Shown: positions 9,599-17,621 of the stretch, one piece after another
Position numbering within the stretch: the first letter of the stretch is position 1
Layout of the letters: the number at the start of each line of letters is the position of its first letter
Position numbers and translations under genes: made by a program
From: Candidatus Dormiibacterota bacterium
GTDB lineage: Bacteria > Chloroflexota > Dormibacteria > Aeolococcales > Bog-877
Direction: 5' to 3'
DNA: 64,000 nucleotides
NCBI GenBank assembly: GCA_049279335.1
Contig: JBAPNX010000047.1
Span: 129,982 to 193,981, forward strand
Notes under the pieces: generated by a model
What the model was told of the DNA's origin: nothing
The model's database searches: none
Seen by the model: the letters and a program-made list of their open reading frames with translations, nothing else

Positions 9599-9690
9599 TC
9601 GAGTCCCAGCCCGCCCCCCCTCCCACCCAGTCGGCTCCGGACCAGGTCTCGTGGGGGCCGCGGCAGATCATTCTGGCGGCGCTCATCGCC

Positions 9691-10392
9691 GTGCCCGGGG
9701 TGGTTGTTGCCCTGGTCATCCCGGCAGTGGTGGTGCTGGTGCTGGTTCAGGTCGGCGTGATCCACTCCCTCCAAGGTCACTCGCTGACGGCGATCCTGCC
9801 CTACTACAACTTCGCCACCACGGCGCTCTTCTACGGCGCGTTGCTGGGGATCGTGCTGTTCTTCGCCAGTCGGCATGGCGGCCGCCCTTGGGCCCGGCTG
9901 GGACTGCACCGGTCCGCGCTCTGGATCGTGATCCTTATGCCACCGGCTGCGATCCTGCTCCAGCTGCTGACCGGCGTCATCTCAGCGATCCTGTCGCCAC
10001 TCCTAGGTGGAATCAAGAACCCCCAGGACTGCAGCATCTCCCAGGCCTTCGGAGCCGAGCCATACCTCGCCGTTATCTCGCTGGCCGTGATCGCTCCGAT
10101 TGTCGAGGAGATCGTCTTCCGGGGCTTCATCTACGGTGGGCTGCGGACCCGGCTGGGGGTTGGCTTCTCGGTGGTCGTGAGCGCCGCGATCTTTGCTCTG
10201 GCCCACACCTTCTCCGTGGGAGGCTCGATCCTGCTCCTCGGACCCTCCCTGTTTATAGCTGGGGTGGCCCTAGCGCTGGTGTATGAGCGAGCGCGGTCGC
10301 TGGTACCGGGGATGGTGCTTCACGCATCCTTCAACCTGATCGCGGTGATCGCGATATTCGTAGTTGGAACCCACGCCGCCTGTCACAGCTAG
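9691..10392 (+). CDS. CPBP family intramembrane glutamic endopeptidase (CAAX protease / Abi family)
   Basis: Canonical CPBP motifs: 'EEIVFRGFIYGGL' (EExxxR), 'FALAHTF' (FxxxH) and a downstream 'H' motif helix ('MVLHASFNLIAV'). The start is uncertain (GTG at 9691, or a fusion with 8930-9598). Confidence 0.7.
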   Translation: MPGVVVALVIPAVVVLVLVQVGVIHSLQGHSLTAILPYYNFATTALFYGALLGIVLFFASRHGGRPWARLGLHRSALWIVILMPPAAILLQLLTGVISAILSPLLGGIKNPQDCSISQAFGAEPYLAVISLAVIAPIVEEIVFRGFIYGGLRTRLGVGFSVVVSAAIFALAHTFSVGGSILLLGPSLFIAGVALALVYERARSLVPGMVLHASFNLIAVIAIFVVGTHAACHS

Positions 10393-10874
10393 TTGATGGC
10401 ACAAGATCCAGACATCAAGCTGCGCGCTGCGACGCCGCACAACACGCCGCGCATGAGCCAGCAGGCGGGAGAATGCCTCCGCGAGTGGCACGAGCGCTCG
10501 TGGTTACTGGTGCGGCGCGAGGCGGCACGCGGGCAGACGCTTGAGTATCTTTGACCTGATCATTTTCAACCCAAGTCCAGCTGATTCACGCCGGATGACG
10601 CATTGCAAGCGGCCCAACCGACGAGGACTATCGGGCGATGACGAACGTCTTGGGGACGGCCAGGGGCACCTACCTGAATTAGGCCGAATGCTCATCTTTT
10701 TGGCCACCTCTGGAGATCTGGACTATCTATGGGAGTTGTTCGACCGCTAGGGCTTTAAGGCCGAGGCGATATGGCGGGCGCATCCTGATCCGCGACGGTA
10801 CTCAGGTTGTACACATAAGTTTCGAGCGACGCAGTAACCCAGGGCAGTGCATTGTCGCGGGGGGAGACTTGTAA

Positions 10875-11654
10875 TTACGCGCTGCGTGCCAGTACAGCCC
10901 GCCCCAGAGCGGCGGTAGCGACTATCGACATGGCCAGGAACACCAGCGCTGCAACTAGAAAGCTGAAGGGGTTGCCGTAGGGCGGGTTGCCCCCCAGCAG
11001 CAACTGGAAGCCCTCGTGGAGATAGCTGTAGGGGAGGATCTGAGCCATCCAGTAGCGAACGCCGGTGGCCGGGACTCCGGTGAACAAACCCGACAGAAAC
11101 AGCAGAGGGGCGAGCACGACGGCCAAGTAGAGCATGGCCTCGCCGGCGTGATCAGTGAGCGCGGCGATGCCAAGACCGATGGCGCCGGAAAAGGCGAGGG
11201 CGGCCAGGACCATCAGCCAGGTGGTCGCCAGGGTTGCCGGGTCCGGGCGCTCGGCGACCGCGATCACAGCCAAAACCAGGGTCCCCTGCAGCGCATCCAC
11301 CAACCAGCTGGCGAAGAAGATCTCAAGTCCCACCCTCCAAGCGGGCAGCGGCAGGACCGCGAGTCGGTCGAGCCAGCCCGCCCCCCGCGCCCGGGTCACG
11401 GTCACCCCGGTTCCGACCGTGCCCACCATGGCGATGAGCACGGTGAGAAGCATGCCGGCGAAGAACGGCGGTGCACCTGCCGCCACCAGGGGGATCACCA
11501 GCACCAGCGGGAAGGCCAGCTTGATGGCCAAGGCTCTCCGGCGGGCCAGGGTTCCCCGCAGCTCCAGCTCCCAGAGCTGGACCGGACGGCGTCTGCCCAC
11601 AGTTGCCAGGGTCGGCTGGGCAGCCGGGATGGCGACCTGGCCCGTCTCAGTCAT
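10875..11654 (-). CDS. ABC-2 type transporter permease
   Basis: Six TM helices with the ABC-2 family pattern. 8-nt overlap with the upstream ATPase gene. Confidence 0.7.
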   Translation of the reverse strand: MTETGQVAIPAAQPTLATVGRRRPVQLWELELRGTLARRRALAIKLAFPLVLVIPLVAAGAPPFFAGMLLTVLIAMVGTVGTGVTVTRARGAGWLDRLAVLPLPAWRVGLEIFFASWLVDALQGTLVLAVIAVAERPDPATLATTWLMVLAALAFSGAIGLGIAALTDHAGEAMLYLAVVLAPLLFLSGLFTGVPATGVRYWMAQILPYSYLHEGFQLLLGGNPPYGNPFSFLVAALVFLAMSIVATAALGRAVLARSA

Positions 11655-12576
11655 GCAGGGGCTTACCAGTCAGTTTGAGGAAACAGTCGGCCAGCCCAGG
11701 GTCGCGCACCTTGAGGTCGACCAGGTTGGTGTCGACATCGCCCAAGGCCGCGAGGATTTCCGAGAGCAACCCGTCGCGCTGCCGGGCTAGGATGAGCAGC
11801 CCCTCTTCGGCGTCGACCGCGCGCTCCACTCCGGATACTGCGGCGACCCGGGTGGCTGGCGAGGGACCCCGATAGCTGAGACGGATCTCCCGGACCCCAC
11901 CCAGCTCATCGAGCAGGACCGGCAGAGGCGCATCGCGTACCGGGAGGCCGTCGATCAGGAAGCAAACGCGGGTAGCGACCTGCTCAACAAAATCGGTGTC
12001 GTTGGTGGAGATGCAAGTAGCCAGTCCTGACCGAGACCGGGCCCGGAGAGCGTCCACCAACCACTGACATCCACGCACATCCAGGCCCAGGGTCGGCTCG
12101 TCGAGCAGTAGCAGCCGGGGGTCTCCCACCAGCGCCTCGGCCAGCAGGACCCGGCGGCGCATACCGTAGGAGAGGCGCACCAGGGGATCGTCGGCTACCT
12201 GGTCAACCGCGGCCTCATTGAGGGCGTGCTCCCAGAGGTTGGTCGGGACCCGACGGGCGGTGGCAAAGAAAGCGAGGTTATCTCGGGCGCTGAGCTCGTC
12301 CGCGTGGGCGGTGGCGTCGAAGACCACGGCCAGCTCGGCCCGCGCGGAACCGCGGTTGCGCGCGCCGAACCAGCTCACCTCACCAGACGTCGGCCTGGTC
12401 CGGGTGGCCAGACAGCGCAGCAGGGTGGTCTTGCCACTACCGTTCGGCCCGACCAGAGCCTGGACCTCGCCGGGCCCAACGCTCAGGTCTACCGGGCCGA
12501 CGCCCCGGCCGTTGCGGTAGCGGCGGGTGAGGCCGTCAGCGGCCAGCCATGGTCCTGCCAAGGGAGCTTCACTCAA
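11647..12576 (-). CDS. ABC transporter ATP-binding protein (ABC-2 exporter subfamily)
   Basis: Walker A 'GPNGSGKTT', signature motif, Walker B 'LLLLDEPTLGLD', H-loop. The start is moved to an in-frame TTG because the longer ORF overlaps the upstream small ORF. Confidence 0.8.
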   Translation of the reverse strand: MSEAPLAGPWLAADGLTRRYRNGRGVGPVDLSVGPGEVQALVGPNGSGKTTLLRCLATRTRPTSGEVSWFGARNRGSARAELAVVFDATAHADELSARDNLAFFATARRVPTNLWEHALNEAAVDQVADDPLVRLSYGMRRRVLLAEALVGDPRLLLLDEPTLGLDVRGCQWLVDALRARSRSGLATCISTNDTDFVEQVATRVCFLIDGLPVRDAPLPVLLDELGGVREIRLSYRGPSPATRVAAVSGVERAVDAEEGLLILARQRDGLLSEILAALGDVDTNLVDLKVRDPGLADCFLKLTGKPLHD

Positions 12577-12856
12577 TGAACTCGACGATCGTACTGTCAG
12601 TGACCTCGACCAGCCCGTTGGGAACGGTGAAGGCGACCTGGAAAACCAGGATGCGCTCGCCGACCTCAACCTGGTGCCCGATCAGGCGACTCCGCACCAG
12701 GTGATTGAGGAATCTGGGGGCCCGATGGTTGATCTTCCGCAGGACGACCCGCTGGGCTTGATCTACCGGTCCGGGGGGCAGGATCGGGGGCACAGGGCGA
12801 GTGTAAGTGCCTTGAACGTTGAACCCAAGCCCCGCCGGGGTGGGCCGGTGGTGCAT
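12569..12856 (-). CDS. Small hypothetical protein (74-95 aa) heading the ABC-2 operon, divergent from the sbcD-like gene
   Basis: Good third-position GC bias in the C-terminal 70 codons, poor in the first ~20 (the real start is probably the GTG near 12793). No recognisable domain. Confidence 0.3.
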   Translation of the reverse strand: MHHRPTPAGLGFNVQGTYTRPVPPILPPGPVDQAQRVVLRKINHRAPRFLNHLVRSRLIGHQVEVGERILVFQVAFTVPNGLVEVTDSTIVEFIE

Positions 12857-12866
12857 ATTTCACCTG

Positions 12867-13958
12867 GTGAGACTCCTCCATTGCGCAGATGTGCACCTCG
12901 ACGCCGCCTTTCGAGGACTGGGACCGGCGCCCGCTCAGCGACGCCGAGCCGCGCTGCGGAAGACCATGCAAAACATCGTCAAGCTCGCCGGCGAGCTGCG
13001 CGTCGACGCCCTCACCATCGGTGGGGATCTGTACGAGGATCTCCGGGCCCGTGAGGATGTGGCCAATCTGCTCGCTGAGCAGCTGGCGCAGCTTTCGTGC
13101 CCAGTGTTGATCGCTCCCGGCAACCACGACTACTGGCATGCGGGTTCGCTCTACGCGACCCACGCCTGGCCCGAGAATGTGCACATCTTTTCCAGCGCGT
13201 CGTTCTCAGCTGTTGAGGTCGGCGATGTGCGAATCTTCGGCATCGCCCATGTCAAGCCCAAGGGCACCCAGAACCTCCTCGAAGGCTTCCAAGTCCCCGA
13301 GGGTGGCCCCGCGGTCGCCCTCTTCCACGGGTCTGAGCGGGGCCAGCTGCCACTGCAGGAGGAGGGCAAGGAGGACCACGCCCCCTTTAATGAGGAAGAT
13401 ATCGCGCGGGCTGGCTTCCGCTACGGGCTGCTGGGCCACTTCCACACCCCGAGGACCACTGAGCATCTGGTCTACCCCGGTAACCCGGAGCCCCTCACCT
13501 TTGGTGAAGAGGGGGTTCGCGGCGCCGCCGAGGTCGACTTCTCCCCAGGAGTGCCCAGCGTGAAGATCCACCAGGTCAACACCTTCATCCTCAGCGACAT
13601 CGAGGTAGACGTGACCGGCTGCCAGCACTCCGAAGCCCTTCTCAAGCGGGTAGAGGAGGCGCTTCCGGTGGGTGTCGACACCGGTACCAGGGTCCGCCTG
13701 GTCGGTGAACTGGCACTGGCCGTGCAGTTGGGCCCGAGCGAGTTACGAAGACGCCTGCGCGAGGGCGAGCGATGTGTCGACGTGATCGACTCGACCCGGA
13801 CGGCCCTCGACCTGGAGCAGTTGAGCGGGGCTCCCGACATCCGGGGCCAGTTCATCCGAGGCCTGATGAAGCGGCAGGACTTCGAATCGGAGCTAGTCCA
13901 ATCCGCGCTCCGGGCTGGAGTGCAAGCGCTTCAGGGCGAGGAGCCGGCCATCCTGTGA
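12867..13958 (+). CDS. SbcD/Mre11-family metallophosphoesterase (YhaO-like nuclease subunit)
   Basis: Calcineurin-like phosphoesterase motifs: 'CADVHLD' (D-x-H), 'GGDLYED', 'GNHD', 'GHFH'. The start is set at the GTG giving 'VRLLHCADVHLD'. Confidence 0.75.
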   Translation: MRLLHCADVHLDAAFRGLGPAPAQRRRAALRKTMQNIVKLAGELRVDALTIGGDLYEDLRAREDVANLLAEQLAQLSCPVLIAPGNHDYWHAGSLYATHAWPENVHIFSSASFSAVEVGDVRIFGIAHVKPKGTQNLLEGFQVPEGGPAVALFHGSERGQLPLQEEGKEDHAPFNEEDIARAGFRYGLLGHFHTPRTTEHLVYPGNPEPLTFGEEGVRGAAEVDFSPGVPSVKIHQVNTFILSDIEVDVTGCQHSEALLKRVEEALPVGVDTGTRVRLVGELALAVQLGPSELRRRLREGERCVDVIDSTRTALDLEQLSGAPDIRGQFIRGLMKRQDFESELVQSALRAGVQALQGEEPAIL

Positions 13959-13986
13959 CCGGCTCAGGAGAGGGGAGGCTGCGGGG

Positions 13987-16464
13987 ATGAAGGTGGTGTC
14001 GGTCAAGCTGCAGGGCTTCGGAGCTCTGAGCGGCCGCTTCAAGCTGGATCCCCAGCTGACCATCGTGGGCGGTCCCAACGAATCGGGTAAGAGCACGCTC
14101 CACACTGCACTCCGGGTGGCGCTCTGCGGACTCGACCTGCCCAATCGGGGCCGGATGTCCAAAGACACCGAGGAGGTTCTGCGGCGGTTTCGGCCCTGGC
14201 AGGGCGGTGCCTTCAAAGTAGAGGCTGAGATTGAGCTGGGCGGACACGGCTACCGGTTCGTACGTGACCTCGACCAGCCCGACAACAGTCACGTCTTCGA
14301 CCTGGTCAAGGGCGGGGACGTCACTGACCAGTTCCGCCGCGGCCGCACCGTCGACGTCTCGGTCGGGCTGGGAATGAGCCGCGAGGCGTTCCTGGCCGTC
14401 TCCACCGTGGCTCAGGATCAGCTCCTCAGCCTCACCGGCGCGGCGCTCCAGGAGGACCTGCAGCGGGCCGCTGCCACCTCGGGGAGCAACGGTACCGCAA
14501 GGTCGGCGATCGACTTGCTGCAGCACTGGCGCCAGGAGAACATTCGCGGTGACCGCACTACCACCAAGCGACTTGACCGCCTTCCCAAGGAGCTGGAGGC
14601 AGCCGAGATCAAGTTGGAGAAGGCGATCGAACTCCGCCGCCAGCTCGCCGATGACCTAGGCAGCAAGGATGCCCTGGAGTCAGAGCTGACCCTGGTTGAG
14701 GCCACCGCGGTAGCCAAGGAGCTGGAGTGGAAGACCGCCGCGCTGGCGGAGATCCAGGCGGATCTGGCCGCAGTGGCCGAGATCGATAAGGAACTGCAGG
14801 CCACGCCCGAGCTGCGCCTACCCAAGGATCCGGCCACTCTGCGGGACGCCGCCACCGGGGCCCGGGGACTGGCCGGACAGTGGCAGGAGGCGGAGGCCAA
14901 GGTGGCCGCCATGGCTCCAATTGACAAGGATCTCGAGCGGCTCTCACAGCAATCGGCGCCTAGCGAGCTGGCATTCCTGGTCGGGGCGCTCGAGCAACCC
15001 TTGCCTCCACTGCCCTCCCGGTCCGACCTGCCCGGGAGACTGGACCTGCTGGATCGCCGCAAGGTTGCTCTTTATCGTTGGACGTCCGACCTTCTGGCCG
15101 TGATCGGTGGCGCCGCGGGAGTGTTCCTGGTCGCATTCGGCGTCATCCGCAGTGGCGGCGCCTCCCTCCCTTTGGTGGTCGGTGGCCTGCTGCTCTTGGT
15201 CCTGGTTGGGCTCGGTTTCTTCGCTCTGCAGAGCCGGCTGCGGCTGGCCCTCGCAGTGGGTGGGTTCACATCGATGCGGCAGATGCGAAGAGCGGCGCAT
15301 ACCCAAGACCCGGAAATGGTCCGAGCCCAGGCCACCCGCAGCAAGGTGGAGGCCGAACGCGCTCAGGCCAACAAGCGCCTGGCCGAGCTGGGGATCGCCC
15401 AGGTCGAGCTGGAACGTCTCAAGCAGCTTGCCCAGCAACTTCCAGCCGCCCAGGAGGCCCTACAGGAGCGAGCCACATGGAGCACGACGGCCCAGCGCTT
15501 CCGCGATGAGCTGGTCAACCGCGCCAAGCGGGTCGGCATCGGTGGCAACGATCCGGGCAAGCTCGCCGCCGAGCTGAGTTCACGGCTGCGCAACCTCGAT
15601 GACGCTGAGGACGCGCGGCGGCAGCGGGGCGAGCTGGAAGTACGACGGGCCCAGCGACTCGGCGGAAGGGAGCTCAAGGCCCTATCGCGGCGGGTCGAGG
15701 AGCTGGCCAAGGACCTAGCCGCCCTCGGCGGCGGGGGGGAGCCGGCGGCCGCCGGGGTGGCGTCCGAAGAGTTGCGCCAGGAGTACGACAAGGCCCGCGC
15801 CCGCCGGGATGAGGTCCGCGACCGACTGCTGCCGCTCCAAGGTCGCCTTGAGGAGCAGCTCAAGGAGTCGGGCGACGTGGCTGCACTCGAGGAGGAGGTG
15901 GCTGAACTTCGCCAGGAGGTGGCGCGTCTGACCCGGGCCGAGGAGGCGTTGAAGCTGGCCATCGGCGAGCTTGAGCTTGCGGAGGGCGTGGTCCACAACG
16001 ACCTAGCCCCGGTCCTGGCCCAGGGGCTGGGGGAGTGGCTGCCGGTCATCACCAACCAGCGTTACCAGCAGGTGTGGATCAATCCCTCGGACCTGTCGAT
16101 GCACGTGTGCGCCCAGGGCTCGGACACGCAGATCCCGGTGGAGGACCTGTCCCAGGGCACCAGGGAGCAGATCTACGTCGCCCTGCGCACGGTGCTGGCC
16201 AAGGCGCTCTCTCCCAAGGGTGAGGCGGTTCCGCTCTTCTTCGACGATCCCTTTGTCAGCGCCGACGACGGGCGCTGCATTGCACTCCTAGACACTTTCC
16301 GAGAGCTCTCCAAGTCCACCCAGGTGGTGCTCTTCTCTCACGAGAGCAGGGTGGGCTCCTGGGCGACCCGAAGCGAGGTGCCCATCCTGACCATGAAGCT
16401 AGTCCCAGCCTCAGCCCAGGCCGGAACCGGTCCAGCGCCTGAGGCCGACGCCGCCCATACCTAG
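13987..16464 (+). CDS. SbcC/Rad50-like ABC-type ATPase with long coiled coils and a central transmembrane hairpin (YhaN / AAA_27-like)
   Basis: N-terminal Walker A 'GGPNESGKST'. About 500 aa of heptad-rich, Ala/Glu/Leu/Arg coiled coil is interrupted by two hydrophobic helices ('LLAVIGGAAGVFLVAFGVI'... 'LPLVVGGLLLLVLVGLGFFAL'). C-terminal signature-like 'LSQGTREQ', Walker B/D-loop 'PLFFDDPFVSADDGR' and H-loop 'LFSHES'. Confidence 0.75.
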   Translation: MKVVSVKLQGFGALSGRFKLDPQLTIVGGPNESGKSTLHTALRVALCGLDLPNRGRMSKDTEEVLRRFRPWQGGAFKVEAEIELGGHGYRFVRDLDQPDNSHVFDLVKGGDVTDQFRRGRTVDVSVGLGMSREAFLAVSTVAQDQLLSLTGAALQEDLQRAAATSGSNGTARSAIDLLQHWRQENIRGDRTTTKRLDRLPKELEAAEIKLEKAIELRRQLADDLGSKDALESELTLVEATAVAKELEWKTAALAEIQADLAAVAEIDKELQATPELRLPKDPATLRDAATGARGLAGQWQEAEAKVAAMAPIDKDLERLSQQSAPSELAFLVGALEQPLPPLPSRSDLPGRLDLLDRRKVALYRWTSDLLAVIGGAAGVFLVAFGVIRSGGASLPLVVGGLLLLVLVGLGFFALQSRLRLALAVGGFTSMRQMRRAAHTQDPEMVRAQATRSKVEAERAQANKRLAELGIAQVELERLKQLAQQLPAAQEALQERATWSTTAQRFRDELVNRAKRVGIGGNDPGKLAAELSSRLRNLDDAEDARRQRGELEVRRAQRLGGRELKALSRRVEELAKDLAALGGGGEPAAAGVASEELRQEYDKARARRDEVRDRLLPLQGRLEEQLKESGDVAALEEEVAELRQEVARLTRAEEALKLAIGELELAEGVVHNDLAPVLAQGLGEWLPVITNQRYQQVWINPSDLSMHVCAQGSDTQIPVEDLSQGTREQIYVALRTVLAKALSPKGEAVPLFFDDPFVSADDGRCIALLDTFRELSKSTQVVLFSHESRVGSWATRSEVPILTMKLVPASAQAGTGPAPEADAAHT

Positions 16465-16473
16465 TCTGCCACC

Positions 16474-17403
16474 GTGAGGATCGTCTCCCTGCTCCCCAGC
16501 GCGACCGAGATCTGCTTTGCGCTGGGCCTGGGTCAGAGTTTGGTCGGGGTCACGCACGAGTGTGATTTCCCACCGCAGGCGGCCTACAAGACGGTGATGA
16601 CTCACAACGTGCTCGATCTGGAGGGGGCGGCTCCTGCAGAGGTCGACCGCCACGTGCGCGCGGCGGTGCATGAGGGCAGCAGCCTCTATGCCCTCGACCA
16701 GGAAGCGCTGCGCCGAGCCCACCCCGACCTGATCTTGACCCAAGAGCTGTGCGAGGTCTGCGCGGTCGCCTACTCCCAAGTCCTGGAGGCGGCCAAGCTA
16801 CTTCCCGGCAAGCCAACCGTGGTCTCGCTCGAGCCCAACACCCTGCCTGACGTTCTCCGCTCCATCGCTGACGTCGGCCAGGTCACCGGCACACCCGAGC
16901 GAGCGGCCGAACTGGTCCGAGGGTTGTGGGCGCGCCTGGACGCGGTTCGGGGTGCGGTCGCCGGCAAGGACCGCCCGCGGGTGGTTTGCCTGGAGTGGCT
17001 CGACCCCTTGATGGTGGCGGGGCACTGGGTCCCTGATCAGGTCGACGCGGCTGGAGGCATCGACGTGCTCGGCGAGGTCGGAGCGCGATCTCGGGTGATC
17101 ACGGCGAAGGAGCTGAGCGCTGCCCAGCCCGAGGTGATCGTCTGCATGCCCTGCGGCTACCGCCTGGAGCAGGCCGTGGAGCAAACGATCTTCCTGGCTC
17201 AGATCAAGGGCTGGGCCAAGCTACCCGCAGTTCGGGCCGGGCAGGTCTATGCCGTGGACGGATCCTGGTACTTCAACCGGCCTGGCCCAAGGGTGGTGGA
17301 CGGCATCGAGATGCTGGTCAAGATCCTCCACCCCGAGGCGTGGCGGGGGCCAGTGCCCCAGGGCTTCGAACGCATCGCGGTGAAGGAAGCCGAAACCGGC
17401 TGA
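16474..17403 (+). CDS. TroA/BtuF-like (class III, 'helical backbone') ABC substrate-binding-fold protein lacking a signal peptide
   Basis: The protein begins directly with the mature-domain motif 'RIVSLLPSATEICFALGLG..LVGVTHECDFP' (BtuF/FecB-like). There is no N-terminal hydrophobic segment. It starts 9 nt after the SbcC-like stop, in the same reading frame. Confidence 0.65.
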   Translation: MRIVSLLPSATEICFALGLGQSLVGVTHECDFPPQAAYKTVMTHNVLDLEGAAPAEVDRHVRAAVHEGSSLYALDQEALRRAHPDLILTQELCEVCAVAYSQVLEAAKLLPGKPTVVSLEPNTLPDVLRSIADVGQVTGTPERAAELVRGLWARLDAVRGAVAGKDRPRVVCLEWLDPLMVAGHWVPDQVDAAGGIDVLGEVGARSRVITAKELSAAQPEVIVCMPCGYRLEQAVEQTIFLAQIKGWAKLPAVRAGQVYAVDGSWYFNRPGPRVVDGIEMLVKILHPEAWRGPVPQGFERIAVKEAETG

Positions 17404-17621
17404 GGTCTCGGAGCTAGCCTCGAATCCCTCGAAACGGAGCTCTCGGTTGCGGACGGATCAGGGACTAGGCCGCAGCTGGCCGCACCGAATGTCTCCATAG
17501 ACCACATCTCAGATTGCCCGGAGCGGGCCAGGGCGAGTTCCCACCAAAGGTCTCGGTACCGCTCCGTCACGAAAAGGGAACGACCAGTCTCGGAATCTAC
17601 AGATACGCTCAGTCCCGTTCG

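Noticed and set aside
9007-9690. N-terminal 228 codons of the 461-aa ORF containing the CPBP domain
   Set aside because: This part overlaps ORF 8930-9598, is Gly/Arg/Ala low-complexity, and has no CPBP homology. It is treated as an open-frame artefact or a frameshift partner.
12819-12866. TTG start of the sbcD-like ORF
   Set aside because: The GTG at 12867 gives the canonical Mre11 N-terminus ('VRLLHCADVHLD'). The upstream 16 codons have poor codon usage and would overlap the divergent small ORF.
12867-16464. SbcCD-like pair as a phage-defence system (Lamassu- or Wadjet-like)
   Set aside because: There are no defence-island neighbours. It lacks the kleisin/effector genes of the known SMC-based systems. 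The operon is fused to housekeeping-type genes. Read more simply as a YhaO/YhaN-type repair complex, though not formally excluded.
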